From Malacoraja senta (Eukaryota): a DNA stretch of 64,000 nt. Made by a program: the position numbers and the translations under genes. Of the stretch, positions 1 to 11,360 are shown in pieces. Each line of letters opens with the position of its first letter. Positions within the stretch are counted from its first letter, which is position 1. A model generated the notes under the pieces. That model saw nothing but the letters and a program-made list of their open reading frames with translations. It was not told where the DNA came from and made no database searches. Where the stretch lies: the NCBI GenBank assembly GCA_038087875.1, contig CM075988.1:16866001-16930000 (forward strand), in the 5' to 3' direction.

Positions 1-44
1 TGGCGCTGTAAGGCAGCAAATCTACTGCTGCGCCACTGTGCCAT
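1..44 (-). mobile_element. V-SINE (HE1-like) head, cut by window edge
   Basis: Reverse complement of GGCACAGTGGCGCAGCAGTAGATTTGCTGCCTTACAGCGCCA, the same head as other copies. Confidence 0.8.
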
Positions 45-389
45 CCTTTTAACAGGGGCTGTGCAGCCAAATTTCTGAGCCTACAGGTTGCAACTGAATA
101 AGGAATTCTGGTCGGAATTCATCAAACATGTGGGCTAAAGTTGAGACAAATGCGTCTATTCTGGATGAAGTTCACGGACTTGCTTTGAAGTAATCCTCAT
201 CATGACAACTAACTATCACGCACTACTATGGATGTACCATGATCCAAGGTGGACACCTCATGAACAATAACCACGTTACAGACCGTTCCCAGCCAAACTA
301 TGCCAGTAACTTACTGTTCCCCAAAACAGGGAATTTTCCTTTTACTGATTTAGCCACAGCGGACAATTTGATGAGACTGCAACATGCAG

Positions 390-528
390 TTTTCTTCTTG
401 CGTATGGCGTGCACAGCCTTAAGTTGTAGGACAACTTGTTCTGTTTGATCTTATTTGATTGTGCACGCCGGGTTGATTGCATTCGTCGAAACAGGGCGGA
501 CCACGTGAAGGTTGCAGTCTCCCACCCC
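390..528 (-). mobile_element. Short non-autonomous retroposon with 5' HDV-like ribozyme and (GAA)n-type tail
   Basis: 10-bp direct repeat CAACATGCAG at 380-389 and 529-538. Minus-strand 3' end reads ...CGCAAGAAGAAAA. Internal stem GGCGTGCACA (406-415)/TGTGCACGCC (460-469). Confidence 0.8.
475..528 (-). ncRNA. Minimal HDV-like (CPEB3-type) self-cleaving ribozyme, predicted
   Basis: P1 GGGGUGG/CCGCCCU with G1-U wobble; P2 GACUGCA/UGCAAUC (1 mismatch); P3 ACC/GGU; L3 UUCACGU; GU then UUCGA in place of P4; J4/2 CGAA with putative catalytic C at 485. Confidence 0.75.
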
Positions 529-598
529 CAACATGCAGCAAGACAACCCCTTGGAATTTATTGTTAACTGTAGGATTATTAAATGTATTTTGTTTATT

Positions 599-902
599 GG
601 CGGCACAGTGGCACAGCTGGTATAACTGCCGCCTCCGCGCCAGAGATCCGTTTAGATCCTGAACTCAGGTACTGTCTGTGTGGAGTTTGCATGTTTTTCT
701 CGTGACTGCGTGGATTTCCTTCCGTTTCCTCCCTCATCTGAAAGATGTGCAGGCTTGTCAGTTAATTAGCCTCAATAAATTCCCCCTAGCGTGCAGGGAG
801 TTGATGAGAAAGTGAGATAACATAGAACGGCTGTGAACGGGTGATCGATGGTCGGCGTGGACTAGGTGGGCCGAAGGGCCTTCCTCGGTGCTGTATCTTT
901 AC
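599..902 (+). mobile_element. tRNA-derived V-SINE (HE1-like), near full length
   Basis: tRNA-like head with A/B-box-like motifs, V-domain core GGAGTTTGCATGTT...GTG...TTTCCTCCC, and CR1-like tail GGGCCGAAGGGCC...GCTGTATC. Confidence 0.85.
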
Positions 903-1490
903 AAAATACATAGCTGCTGTGTTTCATTCACCTGGCTTTCCTTGGCTTTGGCCAGCAAACATCACTTACTGTAAGCACATTGTACAGTAAGACACAGAGG
1001 CAAAATCTCCTTCAGATAAGCAAGGTTCTTCCGAGGTGTGATCCAGCACCGGAATAATGCGATTTGTTCCCAGTCACCCTGTGGGAATGGGCTGACTGCT
1101 GGAAATTACCCCATAGGTAATTCTAGTGATAGGTTTACTGTGACCAAAGCTGACAGCCAAGCGCAGCACAGCGGTGGACTTCGAGTCTCTTGACCTTTTC
1201 AAAATGGGTCGCGTTGGGAAAGTATAAATAAACTGATCAACTGCAGCAACTCTTCATGTGTGGAGTTTCCAAACGCTTTAACAGCCAGTGTTGATGATGT
1301 CAGCAGCAATTAGTTATAGAGTTTGACATCACTGTCGTAAAAGGGTCAATTCTGTAAAAAAAAACTTGTGCAATCGACGAACCTCAAACAACCACACAGC
1401 AATAACTACTTGCATTTGCAGGGCACCTTTAATAGAGCAACATGTCCTGAGGCACCTCACAGGATTACCACCAAACACAAATTAAATCCA

Positions 1491-2549
1491 GTGTTAAAGA
1501 AGGAACTGCAGATGCTGGAAAATCGAAGGTACACAAAAATGCTGGAGAAACTCAGCGGGTGCAGCAGCATCTATGGAGCGAAGGAAATAGGTAACGTTTC
1601 GGGCCGAAACCCTTCTTCAGACTGATAGGGGGTGGGGAGAAGAAAGGAAAAAAGGAAGGAGGAGCCCGAGGGTTGGGGGAGGGGAGGAGACAACCAGATG
1701 GCTGATGAAGGGGAGGGGACAGCCAGGGCTAGCAGAATTGGGAGAATTCAACGTTCAGGCCACCAGGGTGTAGACTGCCCAAGCGGAATATGAGGTGCAT
1801 TTCCTCCAATTTACGGTGTTGCTCGCTGTGGCCATGGAGGAGACCCAGGACAGAGAGGTCAGATACGGAATGGGAGGGGGAGTTGAAGTGCTGAGCCACC
1901 GGGAGTTCAGGTTGGTTATTGCGGACCGACCGGAGGTGTTCGGCGAAACGATCGCCAAGCCTCCGCTTGGTCTCACCGATGTAGATCAGCTGGCATCTAG
2001 AGCAGCGAATGCAATAGATGAGGTTGGAGGAGATGCAGGTGAACCTCTGTCGCACCTGGAACGACTGCTTGGGTCCTGGAATGGAGTGGAGGGGGGAAGT
2101 GAAGGGACAAGTGTTGCATCTCTTGCGGTTGCAAGGGAAAGTACCAGGGGAGGGGGTGGTATGGGAGGGAAGGGAAGAATTGACAAGGGAGTTACGGAGG
2201 GAGCGGTCTTTGCGGAAGGCAGACATAGGGGGAGATGGGAAGATGTGGCGAGTGGTGGGGTCACGTTGGAGGTGGCGAAACTGACGGAGGATCACTTGTT
2301 GTATGTGACGGCTGGTGGGGTGAAAGGTGAGGACTAGGGGGACTCTGCCTTTGTTGTGAGTGGGGGGATGGGGAGAGAGAGCAGTGTTGCGGGGTATGGC
2401 AGAGACCCTGGTGCGAGCCTCCTTTTTTCCTTTCTTCTCCCCACCCCCTATCAGTCTGAAGAAGGGTTTCGGCCCGAAACGTTACCTATTTCCTTCGCTC
2501 CATAGATGCTGCTGCACCCGCTGAGTTTCTCCAGCATTTTTGTGTACCT
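1491..2549 (-). mobile_element. 5'-truncated Penelope-like retroelement (Neptune-type) with inverted terminal repeat
   Basis: GIY-YIG frame; apparently identical 130-bp inverted repeat 1527-1656/2420-2549; 14-bp TSD ACAAATTAAATCCA at 1477-1490 and 2550-2563. Confidence 0.92.
1729..2421 (-). CDS. C-terminal fragment of PLE polyprotein: thumb/linker, Cys-rich knuckle, GIY-YIG endonuclease (5'-truncated, no true start)
   Basis: Uninterrupted frame EARTRVS...RVPLVLTFHP...CNRKRCNTC...SSNLIYCIRCSRCQLIYIGETKRRLGDRFAEHLRS...VAQHF...EMHLIFRLGSLHPGGLNVEF. Extends 42 codons upstream of the ORF-track start. Confidence 0.9.
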   Translation of the reverse strand, partial: EARTRVSAIPRNTALSPHPPTHNKGRVPLVLTFHPTSRHIQQVILRQFRHLQRDPTTRHIFPSPPMSAFRKDRSLRNSLVNSSLPSHTTPSPGTFPCNRKRCNTCPFTSPLHSIPGPKQSFQVRQRFTCISSNLIYCIRCSRCQLIYIGETKRRLGDRFAEHLRSVRNNQPELPVAQHFNSPSHSVSDLSVLGLLHGHSEQHRKLEEMHLIFRLGSLHPGGLNVEFSQFC

Positions 2550-3001
2550 ACAAATTAAATCCAATTCAGATAAGACTATCGGGCAGATGGGCAGCACAAA
2601 GTGGTTGGTTTAAGGAACCTGACCAAGGAAGGAAAAGGCTGAAACTCCGATTTCTAAATCTTTTGAAGGAGGAAATTCCGGACCTTAAAAACCCGGTAGC
2701 TTGGCCTACATTGTTGAGGTGATATGCAAGATATTCAGGGATATACAAGTAACCAGGATTTGAGAAGTGCTACCACATTACAGCAGCAGGGTTTCCAGAA
2801 ATGGGGAGGATGAAGGAGAGTGACTTATTTACTCCATCAGCCTTACTATACCTATAGCCTTACATGGATCCACTCCTCCCTCAATGTCATTAGTTCTTGT
2901 TGTGGTAAATGCAGACAAAATGCTTGAATGAAGTATTACCGTTGGGTGAACGTTAAACTTACTTTTAGTTTGTTAGTAGCTGTGGTGAACTGCATACAAG
3001 G

Positions 3002-3206
3002 TATATGTATATACAGTATATGTGTGTGTATATATGTGTGTGTGTATATATATATGTGTGTGTGTATATATATATATATATATGTGTGTGTGTTTGTGTA
3101 TATATATGTGTGTGTGTATATATATATGTGTGTGTGTGTATATATATATGTGTGTGTGTTTGTGTATATATATGTGTGTGTGTGTATATATATGTGTGTG
3201 TGTGTG

Positions 3207-3258
<52 letters not shown>

Positions 3259-3331
3259 TGTGTGTTTGTGTGTGTGTGTGTGTGTGTATGTATATATATA
3301 TTATATATATATATATATATGTGTGTGTGTT

Positions 3332-3364
<33 letters not shown>

Positions 3365-3377
3365 GTGTGTATATATA
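3002..3377. repeat. Compound (TG)n/(TA)n microsatellite
   Basis: Alternating TG and TA runs seen directly. Confidence 0.98.
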
Positions 3378-3479
3378 AGACAGATCCCGGTCTCTAATTA
3401 AGGATGGGTTATGCTGAGTAAACTAGGAAGGGCAGCTATGGGATCTTTAGCCGTCATGAAGCATTGCTGGACGTCCTGC

Positions 3480-3770
3480 AGTGGCACAGAGCGGCGGAGC
3501 AGTGGTGGAGGACACCAACAACATGGCCAACCCTGCAACGCCGCCAGGGCAACGGGATTTTATGACCAGCTGCACTTAAAGTTAACATGGACTTTGAAAA
3601 TGGCGCCAACACCTGGTGACTCTTGTACATTGTCGCAGTGGACTATTTCTATACATTTTGTACTTAATGGATTATGTTTATGTATAGTGATACTTTACTG
3701 AGCTGTATGCCAAAAAATGTATGCCAAATAATGAATTTCACTGTACCTCTGTACTTGTGATAATATTGCA
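3480..3770 (+). mobile_element. Dispersed repeat ending in a LINE-type 3' tail; related copies at about 5755-6035 and 10240-10520
   Basis: Shared AAAATGGCGCC/AAATGGTGCC/AAAATGGCACC motif and terminal TTTCACTGTACCTC..GTGA(T/C)AAT. The tail motif recurs at about 22605, 37280, 37965, 49846 and 60110. Confidence 0.55.
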
Positions 3771-5504
3771 CCATTGATATCCCACAAGATGTGATCATCC
3801 CATCATAAAACATTCAAAACCCACATCTATGAGAAACAGTGGACGTGAAGAGCAGCGAGTAGTTGACATGAGAACCCACTGCATCCGACTCAAGTCTACC
3901 AGCAGTTTGCTAACCATCCATTAAGCAATAGCTGAAGACAGGTTAAGATGCAGATGGAGAGTGGTATTTGCTCTCACTGAGAACAGAGGATGACACGTCT
4001 CTGAACATATTCCTGGTTGAGTGCGACAGATTTTTCATCTTCAGGAGAGTCAATATGAAGTTGAGGTGAAATCCAACTTCACAACAGATCCAGCAAGATA
4101 TTGTGTTAGAGAAGGCCCTAGGGGTCATGTACCCTCATTCTGTCTTTTGTTATCACGTCCTTATGTTCAAAGCCATAACTTAATATCAGAATCTGGGCAT
4201 ACTGAACACTGGGGATCTAATTGCCACGGGTGGCATGGCTGTCTTCAGCTCCACTGGGTTGGGAGAGCAGAAATAGTGAGTAAAAGACTATTGGATAGGC
4301 ATGTGGATATGCAGGGAATGGAAGCATGTGGGTTATGTGCAGGTAGCTAGGTGATGGTCTTGGCATTATGTTCAGCACAGACAATGTGGGCCCCGAGGTC
4401 CGTTCTTGTGCTGTACTGTGCGATGCACTATGTGAGTTGCTGGCAGATGGAGCTGGGGAGGACATCAACCAGGGTTTGTGCTCATTGACATGATTAATGG
4501 GAGACTGCTGAAAATTGTGCTGCTACACAAGTATAATGTCGGCCTAGTAACACCCATAGCCAGAATCTCCTCTCATTCGCCTCCTGACTTCCTGGGTGAA
4601 CATTTAACCGATCCTGGAAACCTTTACACCCACTGAAGGCAGGTTTTGAGAAGCAGACAGAACAGAACAAGAAGAGTGCCAAGAAGAAAGACAGACCCAA
4701 GGAAAGATATTTGCATGAATCTTATTTAATTACCAGCACAAAATAACCATTCCAGTTTCACTAATATCCTTTAACAATACCTTGAAAGCAATATTACATT
4801 AAAAAAAAAACGATTGTCAAATTGCAACCTAGCCACAAAACACGCAATCAATACCTTTATGGACACTGTTTCAGAAATATTTGTCACGAGTAAAAAAAGC
4901 AATGACATTGGGATTGCATCTCTTATGATTTTCTTTCTGAATATCTATTTTTTCTTCTCCACATGCATATTTTCTGTTCATATAAATCATCTCCTTTATC
5001 TTCCACTCATGTTTTCAGGACACATGTGCTCATTGCAAACCTCACAAGTTGTACCTCACTGAATACTTGAACAATCATTAGTAAAAATACTTTTTTCTTT
5101 CCCCCCTCAAACTAGGGTATTTTGCATTTCTCTTGAGATTGTGAAAATCCTGGATGTAATGTGTGGGATCTACAGAAGACATGCATTATTCACAAGCTCG
5201 CAAATAACTCCATTTCCACAGAATGAATATATTCAGACCGTGATTCACACGCAGGAGTTTCATTAGATGGCTGCCTGCCTCATTCAAATGCCCAATATAT
5301 TTATTAGTAATTTCAAATGAAATTGCATGCCCGGACAGGAGTCGCCGGTGCTATCTACCCTTCCCCTGACAACGCTGTTCACTTATCTAGCAGACTCCCA
5401 CACAGCAGCCAGTGCCTATTTGAAATCCAGACACATAAATGCTGAACTACAAAACGTACAAAAGCAGCGTCTTTAAAATGGCTGCACAAGATCCTTCATC
5501 CTGG

Positions 5505-5735
5505 GTAGCACCTTGGCACAGTGGTAGAGTTACTGCCTCGCAGCGCAAGAGACCCAGGTTCAACCCTGACCACGGGTGCTCTCTGTACGGAGTTTGTACG
5601 TTCCCCCTTGTGACCAAGTGGGTTTCCTCCGAGTGCTCTGGTTTCTTCCTACACTCCAAAGACGTACAGGTTTGTCAGGTAATTGGCTTTGGTAAAATTG
5701 GAAATAGTCTCTAGTGTGTTGGATATGTAGCACAG
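5505..5735 (+). mobile_element. V-SINE, 3'-truncated
   Basis: Head TGGCACAGTGGTAGAGTTACTGCC...GGTTCAACCC plus V core. Confidence 0.85.
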
Positions 5736-6261
5736 TCTGTAACACTGCACCCTCAATGTCGGCCGCAGGAGGTGCCCCGGTGTCATGAAGGTTGAAGATG
5801 GCAAGGAGAGCGACAACAGTTCGGGGGGGCGACTGGATGGAGGTGACAGCTGCAACAACTGCAGTTGAGACTGTGAAATGGTGCCAAAATCTGGTAACTC
5901 TTGCACAAGAGACTCAGTGGGCTGTTTCTGTGCAGTGTGTACTCAACCAGAGCTTGTACTTATGCATGGCAATAGTCCTACTGATATGTTTGCACAAAAA
6001 GTGTTTCACTCTTCCTTGGTACTTGATAATAAATGAACCATTAACCACATCACCCTTTCCGTTTATGTTGCCACTTTCAAGGAGCTATGGACTTGCAGCC
6101 GTTGTTCCCTCTGTGTCTCTCCTCCAAATGGTCCTGCTATTTACTGTTTACTTTCCTCTTGCATTTGACCTCCCAAAATGCAATGTCTCACACTTGTCCA
6201 GGTTAAACTCCATTTGCCAAATTTGCAACTGATCTGTATCCTACTGTATTATTTGCAATAA

Positions 6262-6490
6262 AAAAACATACAGTGCTGGAGAAATTCAACGGAGGCAGCA
6301 TCTGTGGAGGGAATGAATAGACGATGTTTGAGGTCAGGACACCTTCTTCAGACTCAAGACTCAAGTCTGAAGAAAGGTCCCAACCTGAAAAGTCACCTAT
6401 TCATTCCCTCTACAAATGCTGCTTGACCTGCTGAGTTCCTCCAGCACTTTGTGTTTTGCTCAAGTTTCCAGTATATGCAATTCCATGTAT
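6262..6490. mobile_element. Older palindromic PLE-derived mini-element
   Basis: Two diverged inverted copies of the PLE terminal repeat meeting around TCTTCAGAC...GTCTGAAGA (6344-6372). Confidence 0.75.
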
Positions 6491-6861
6491 CTCCTTTGCC
6501 AACCCACAACACCATCAATATTTGTGTTGTTTGCAAACCTACTGATCAGACGAACCTACATTTTCATCCAAATAAAAGTAGCCTGGTCCAGAAGATTGTG
6601 AGATGGGATTCATATATACAAGGTCCCAGTACTGATTTTTCAGCAGACTACTGGTCACAGACTTCCAGTCAGAAAACGATTCTTCTATCATAATTTTATG
6701 CCTTCCACGGCCAAGCAAATTTTGCCTCCAATTTACCAGTGCACTGTGGATCCCATCTCATAATCTTCTGGATCAGACTACCACAAGTGATTTTGTCAAA
6801 TGCTTCACTAAAGTTCATGTAAAGTCTACTGTCCTACTGTCACCATCAATCATCTTGATCA

Positions 6862-7010
6862 CAATAGACAATAGGTGTAGGAGTAGGCCATTCGGCCCTT
6901 TGAACCATTCAATGTGATCATGGCTGATCATCCCCAATCATCCCCAATCAGTACCCCGTTCCTGCCTTCTCCCCATATCCCCTGACTCCGCTATCTTTAA
7001 GAGCCCTATG
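6862..7010 (-). mobile_element. Young CR1 3' end with (ATTGTCT)n tail
   Basis: Reverse complement of the 15230-15449 and 33800-34020 copies. Confidence 0.85.
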
Positions 7011-7697
7011 TAGCCCTATCAAGCTCCATCACTTCCATCAAATTTGTGAGACATGACCTTCCCTGCTCAAAGTCATGCTGACTATCCCTAATAAGTCCGC
7101 AATTTTCCAAATCCCAGTAAATCCCTTCACAAATATGTTTCCAATAATTCCCCTACCCTGATGTAAGGCTCACTGGCCTATGATTCCAAGGTTCGTTCCT
7201 GTTGCCCTTCTTAAACAAAGAACAACATTTGCTATTCTCCAGTCTTCTCGAATCCTCGTCATGTCCTCAGCAAGGAAGTTGGAATCACAACTCATTTGAT
7301 TTTCTTTTCCAAGAATAACATGTAGAGGTATGAATATATTTTCAATTTCTCCGAATACATTTTCTCACAAAACAGGAGTGCAAGTTTACGGCACACAGAA
7401 CTGCAGATGCTGGTTTACAAAAAAAGGCACAAAATGTGGGAGTAACTCAACAGGTCAGGCAACTTCCCTGGAGTTTCTGGTTGGGTCCCATCTTCAGACG
7501 GATTGCAGTCTGCCAGGACCCACTCATGTTCAGACATGACTTAGGTAAATGTTCACAGGGTGGAAGGAGGGGCATTAGTTTAGTTTAGTTTAGGTTAGTT
7601 TAGATGAGTTGAGTTTAGTTTCTGAAGGCGTATCCCCCGGGGACCAAGGGCTGAAGAAGGCCAGAGGTGGAGAGGGACATCGGATAGCGTGACGATT

Positions 7698-7900
7698 GTG
7701 GGTAGATGGAAGTAGCTGCCAGAGGAGGTACTTGAAGCAGGTACTATAACAAAATAAAATGACATTTGGACAGGTACATGGATAGGAAAGGTTGAGAGGG
7801 ATATCGGCCAAACACGGGCAGGTGAGACTAGTGTAGATGGGGCATCTTCGTCAGCATGGCCAAGTTGGGCCAGAGGGCCTATTTCCATGCTGTATGACTC
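7698..7900 (+). mobile_element. CR1 3' end
   Basis: GCTGCCAGAGGAGGTA...TTGGACAGGTACATGGATAGGAAAGG...GGGCC..TTTCCATGCTGTATGACTCT. Similar copies at about 19890-20110, 34230-34485 and 40565-40705. Confidence 0.8.
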
Positions 7901-10724
7901 TAGAAGGATGGTTGGACCAGTAGATATGAAATAATGTTTAATTGGGTCATTCCGAAAGGTTTTAAGTTTAAAAGAGTGGCAGAAGTTATCTAGGGCAGTG
8001 AAGAGGTTACTGCCATAGTATCCCTCCCTATGCTGCTGGCAAGTAGTCAGTATTTCATGCCTACAGCAAGGACACTCTATTAAATAAATGCCTACAGTGT
8101 GACAACAACATTTTTCTTACTGTTGCATTTCAACAGAGACAATAGAACAATACACATTATTGTCAGAACATAGAGAGCAGGAGTTACACAATAATTCCAA
8201 TCTAATACTGAGGACTGTCAGAGGTTCAGGTGATTGATTGTTAAAGTAGATCTGCTTCAGTGGTGTCCTCAGGAAGGAAGTCTACTCTCAAATAATCAGA
8301 CCTGCCAGGATTATATAGAATCACACCTCATTTCCATTTAATATCCCATTGTCACAAACATTGGGACAGAGTCACAGGAGGAGCAATCAAGTCAGAAATA
8401 GGTTTAAAGAAGGGATGGTGAGCAGAATTTCTCCATTTCTTTAAGAGTGAAGAGGTTTGTGTGTTGTACACTCATTTAATATTTAAACATTCAGTTCAAT
8501 ATTAGTACAAAAGTGATGGCTGCCGAGTAAAGTCTAGCTCTGTCATCTGCTGCACCCCATCACCTGACCGCCCAGATTGGCGTTGGTTGTTCGGCCCAGA
8601 TCACGCCAGCTCACGCGAGAGTTCAAGCTTGACAAACGAAGGTTCGGGACCAAAGTGGCTTGGCCTCAAGAGATAACTTTAAAAAATGAAAACTGGTGGG
8701 AGGGGGGGGGGGGGGGGGGGTAGGTTATTCCACACAGAGGGAGGTGGGTATATGGAATGAGCTGTCAGAGGGAGTGGTAGAGATGAGTGTAATTATGATA
8801 TTTAAAAGACATTTGGAGAAATACATGGCAAATGGGACGAGCTCAGACAGGCTACTTGGTTAGTGTGGGTGTGTTTGACATTGTATTTATGTCCAGCTTT
8901 ATGGCCTAGTGACTCTTCTGCTGGGGTATGTCGAGCTATGAATGAATATTGATTAACCATGATCTTACTGAATGATAGAACAGGTCATAAAACAGTATGA
9001 CCTTCTCCCGCCCCAATCTCATGCTTTTTTTCCAAGATGTATATGCACATAGGACAGACATTACTGGCAATGCTAGGATATAAGATCCATCTTGAATTGC
9101 CCTGAACTGAGGAGCCAATTCTGAGGCAGGAATATTGACAGGCGGCAAGTCGAGCAGAGGCCAGACATCTCAGTCATTCCAGCTGAGCCTTTGCACCAAA
9201 CCGAGGATTTCATGGTCACCTATCAAGATCATGTGGCTAACCTGGACTTGGAGCACCGAGAGCCCACAGAATCCCAACGTCCCCAACAGAGGGAGCGCAC
9301 CACCTCCCAAACCAACGCAAGGCACCTCCTGCCTCATCCATGGAAGAGACTGCAGATGCTGGAATCCGAAACCAAAAACAAAGTCTGAAGAACTATTCAG
9401 ACCCAAAACGTGGCCTGTCCATTTGCCTCCACAGATGCTGCCCGACCTGTTGAGTTCCTCCAGCATGTTGATTTTTTTTCGCTCGACTGTGGAAGAGTCC
9501 ACAGCAGCCGCAGTGTTCTCATCAGCCATCTCAGAGCCCATTAACCCTGAGTGGAAGTGAGTCCTCCTCAATCCTGAGGGATGTCTGGGAAGATGGATAC
9601 TGATTTATTTAATTACACGTATTGTGACAATGGGATTCAGAAAGCCGTCCGGATCAAAGGTCTCATATTCTGGCTGCAAGTCTGATAGTTTAACCACTGA
9701 AGTACAATAACCATTGAAGCTCCTATTTAACCCTGACCTCCAGTTTTACAAAGGGTGGTTGTTGTGAAGGGCAGTGAATACTTGTTCGCTAACACAGCAA
9801 GGAGGTGTGATTCAATGCAGTTTATATCCTTAGCTACTCTAACTCCTGGACTTGTGGAAGTGTTGAGAGGACACTTGTACTAATGAGATCATTAAAGCAT
9901 TGGTTGCAGGCCTTATTAATACAATTGGTGGCAATTACAGCACTTCCAGTGGGCAAATGACAGTAACCTGATTCAACATCTAAAGATGTTGAACAGGATC
10001 ATTAGGAGTCCAGCAGCCCAAATATCGCAGGTTACAAAGTCGTGCATTTCTTCTAATTCATTCACGAGTTGTGGGTAACTATGGCAAGGCCAGACAGAGA
10101 TCAGCCACAGATATTCCAGACGAGGTCAGGAAGGCAGATTACCGTTGCTGAACATGGATTTTTGGGACAAATTCTGTGAAATTGGAACAACCTTTGGGAC
10201 AAAGGGCGCCGGTGAGAGGGCCGAGGGGGGTCTTACCTTCCGCACCCTCGAGGTCGGCTGCGGGAGGGGAACTCCCCCGGGGACCAAGGGCTGAAGAGGG
10301 CCAGCATGGAGAGGGATATCAGATCGTGGGACGACCAAAAATGGAGGTGACGGTGCAGCCTGGACTGTAAAATGGCACCTGTTGCATATGGACTCATGGG
10401 CTGTTCTCTGCCTACTGTACTGACTAGGCCAATTGTGCTTATGTACGTGGATAGCTTTGCTGAGCTGAATGTAAAAGATGTATTTCACTGTAGCTGGGTC
10501 ACGTGACAATGATAAAACCATTCAACATCGTGTTTGGGTGGGGTTCTGTAGGGCATCACTGTTATGCGGTTTCAGCTCTACTTTAGGGGGACAGAGTGAC
10601 ATCATTTGTGGAGCCGTTGCCTCACAACTCCGGCTTCTGGGTTCAATTCCACCTCGGGTGCTGTTGATGTGGTGTTTGCACGTTCTCTCGGGTATTGTGT
10701 GAACAACACAAAGACTGTGGGTTA

Positions 10725-11040
10725 GTTTGGTTTCGTTTCGTTTAGAGATACAGCGCCGGAAACAGGCCCCTTGGCCCACTGAGTCCGCACCGAACAGCGA
10801 TCCCTGCGCATTAACACTACCCTACTCACACTAGGGACCATTTTACTGTTACACCGGGCCACTTAACATACAAACCTATCATTCTTTGGATGTGGGTGGA
10901 AACCGAAGGTCTCGGAGGAAACCCAAGCAGGTCACGGGGAGAACGTACAAAGTCCGTACTGATGAGCACCCATAGTCAGCTTCGAACCCGGGTCTCTGGC
11001 GCTGTAAGGCAGCAACTCTACCGCTGCACCACCGTGCCTC
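10725..11040 (-). mobile_element. V-SINE, full length
   Basis: Reverse-complement head, core and (TAAAC)n-type tail. Confidence 0.9.
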
Positions 11041-11084
11041 CCCAAGTTAATTAGCCGCTGTAAGTTGCCCATATTGTATATGTA

Positions 11085-11360
11085 CACTTTTCCTCCAGTC
11101 TCAGACTAGAAGGCATAGTTTTAAGTTGAGAGGGGAAAAGGTTTAAGGAGATGTTGCGGGGAAATGTTTACATGGAGAGAGGTGGGTGCCTGGAACACCA
11201 GGGGTAGTGGTAGAGGCAGACACAATAGCGACACAAGAGAGAGTTGGATAGACTCATGGATATGCAGGGAATGGAAAGATATGTGGACAATTCAGTTAAC
11301 TTAGTATGTTCGAAATGGCCATTTGGATCAAAAGGGCGTCCCCTGTGCAGTACTGTCCTA
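11085..11360 (+). mobile_element. CR1 3' end, older subfamily
   Basis: ACTAGAAGGCATAGTTTTAAGTTGAGAGGGGAAAAGGTTTAAGGAGATG...GGATATGCAGGGAATGG. Confidence 0.7.

Larger units (their letters stand above)
6045..7250 (-). mobile_element. Degraded CR1 LINE ORF2 remnant interrupted by younger insertions
   Basis: CR1-like segments such as GCATTTGACCTCCCAAAATGCAA...TTAAACTCCATTTGCCA and TTGTCAAATGCTTCACTAAAGTTCATGTA. Confidence 0.6.

Noticed and set aside
1795..2337. 180-aa plus-strand ORF
   Set aside because: Antisense shadow of the PLE GIY-YIG frame.
2928..3401. Cys/Val/Tyr/Ile-rich ORFs in three frames
   Set aside because: Translation of a (TG)n/(TA)n microsatellite.
7634..7695. About 60-bp match to about 10275-10333 as a local duplication
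   Set aside because: The second copy is within a dispersed repeat family, so this is more simply another fragment of that family.
9183..9345. Protein-like frame (EPLHQTEDFMVTYQDHVANLDLEH...)
   Set aside because: No recognisable family, weak acceptor, no donor, and it runs into a PLE repeat.
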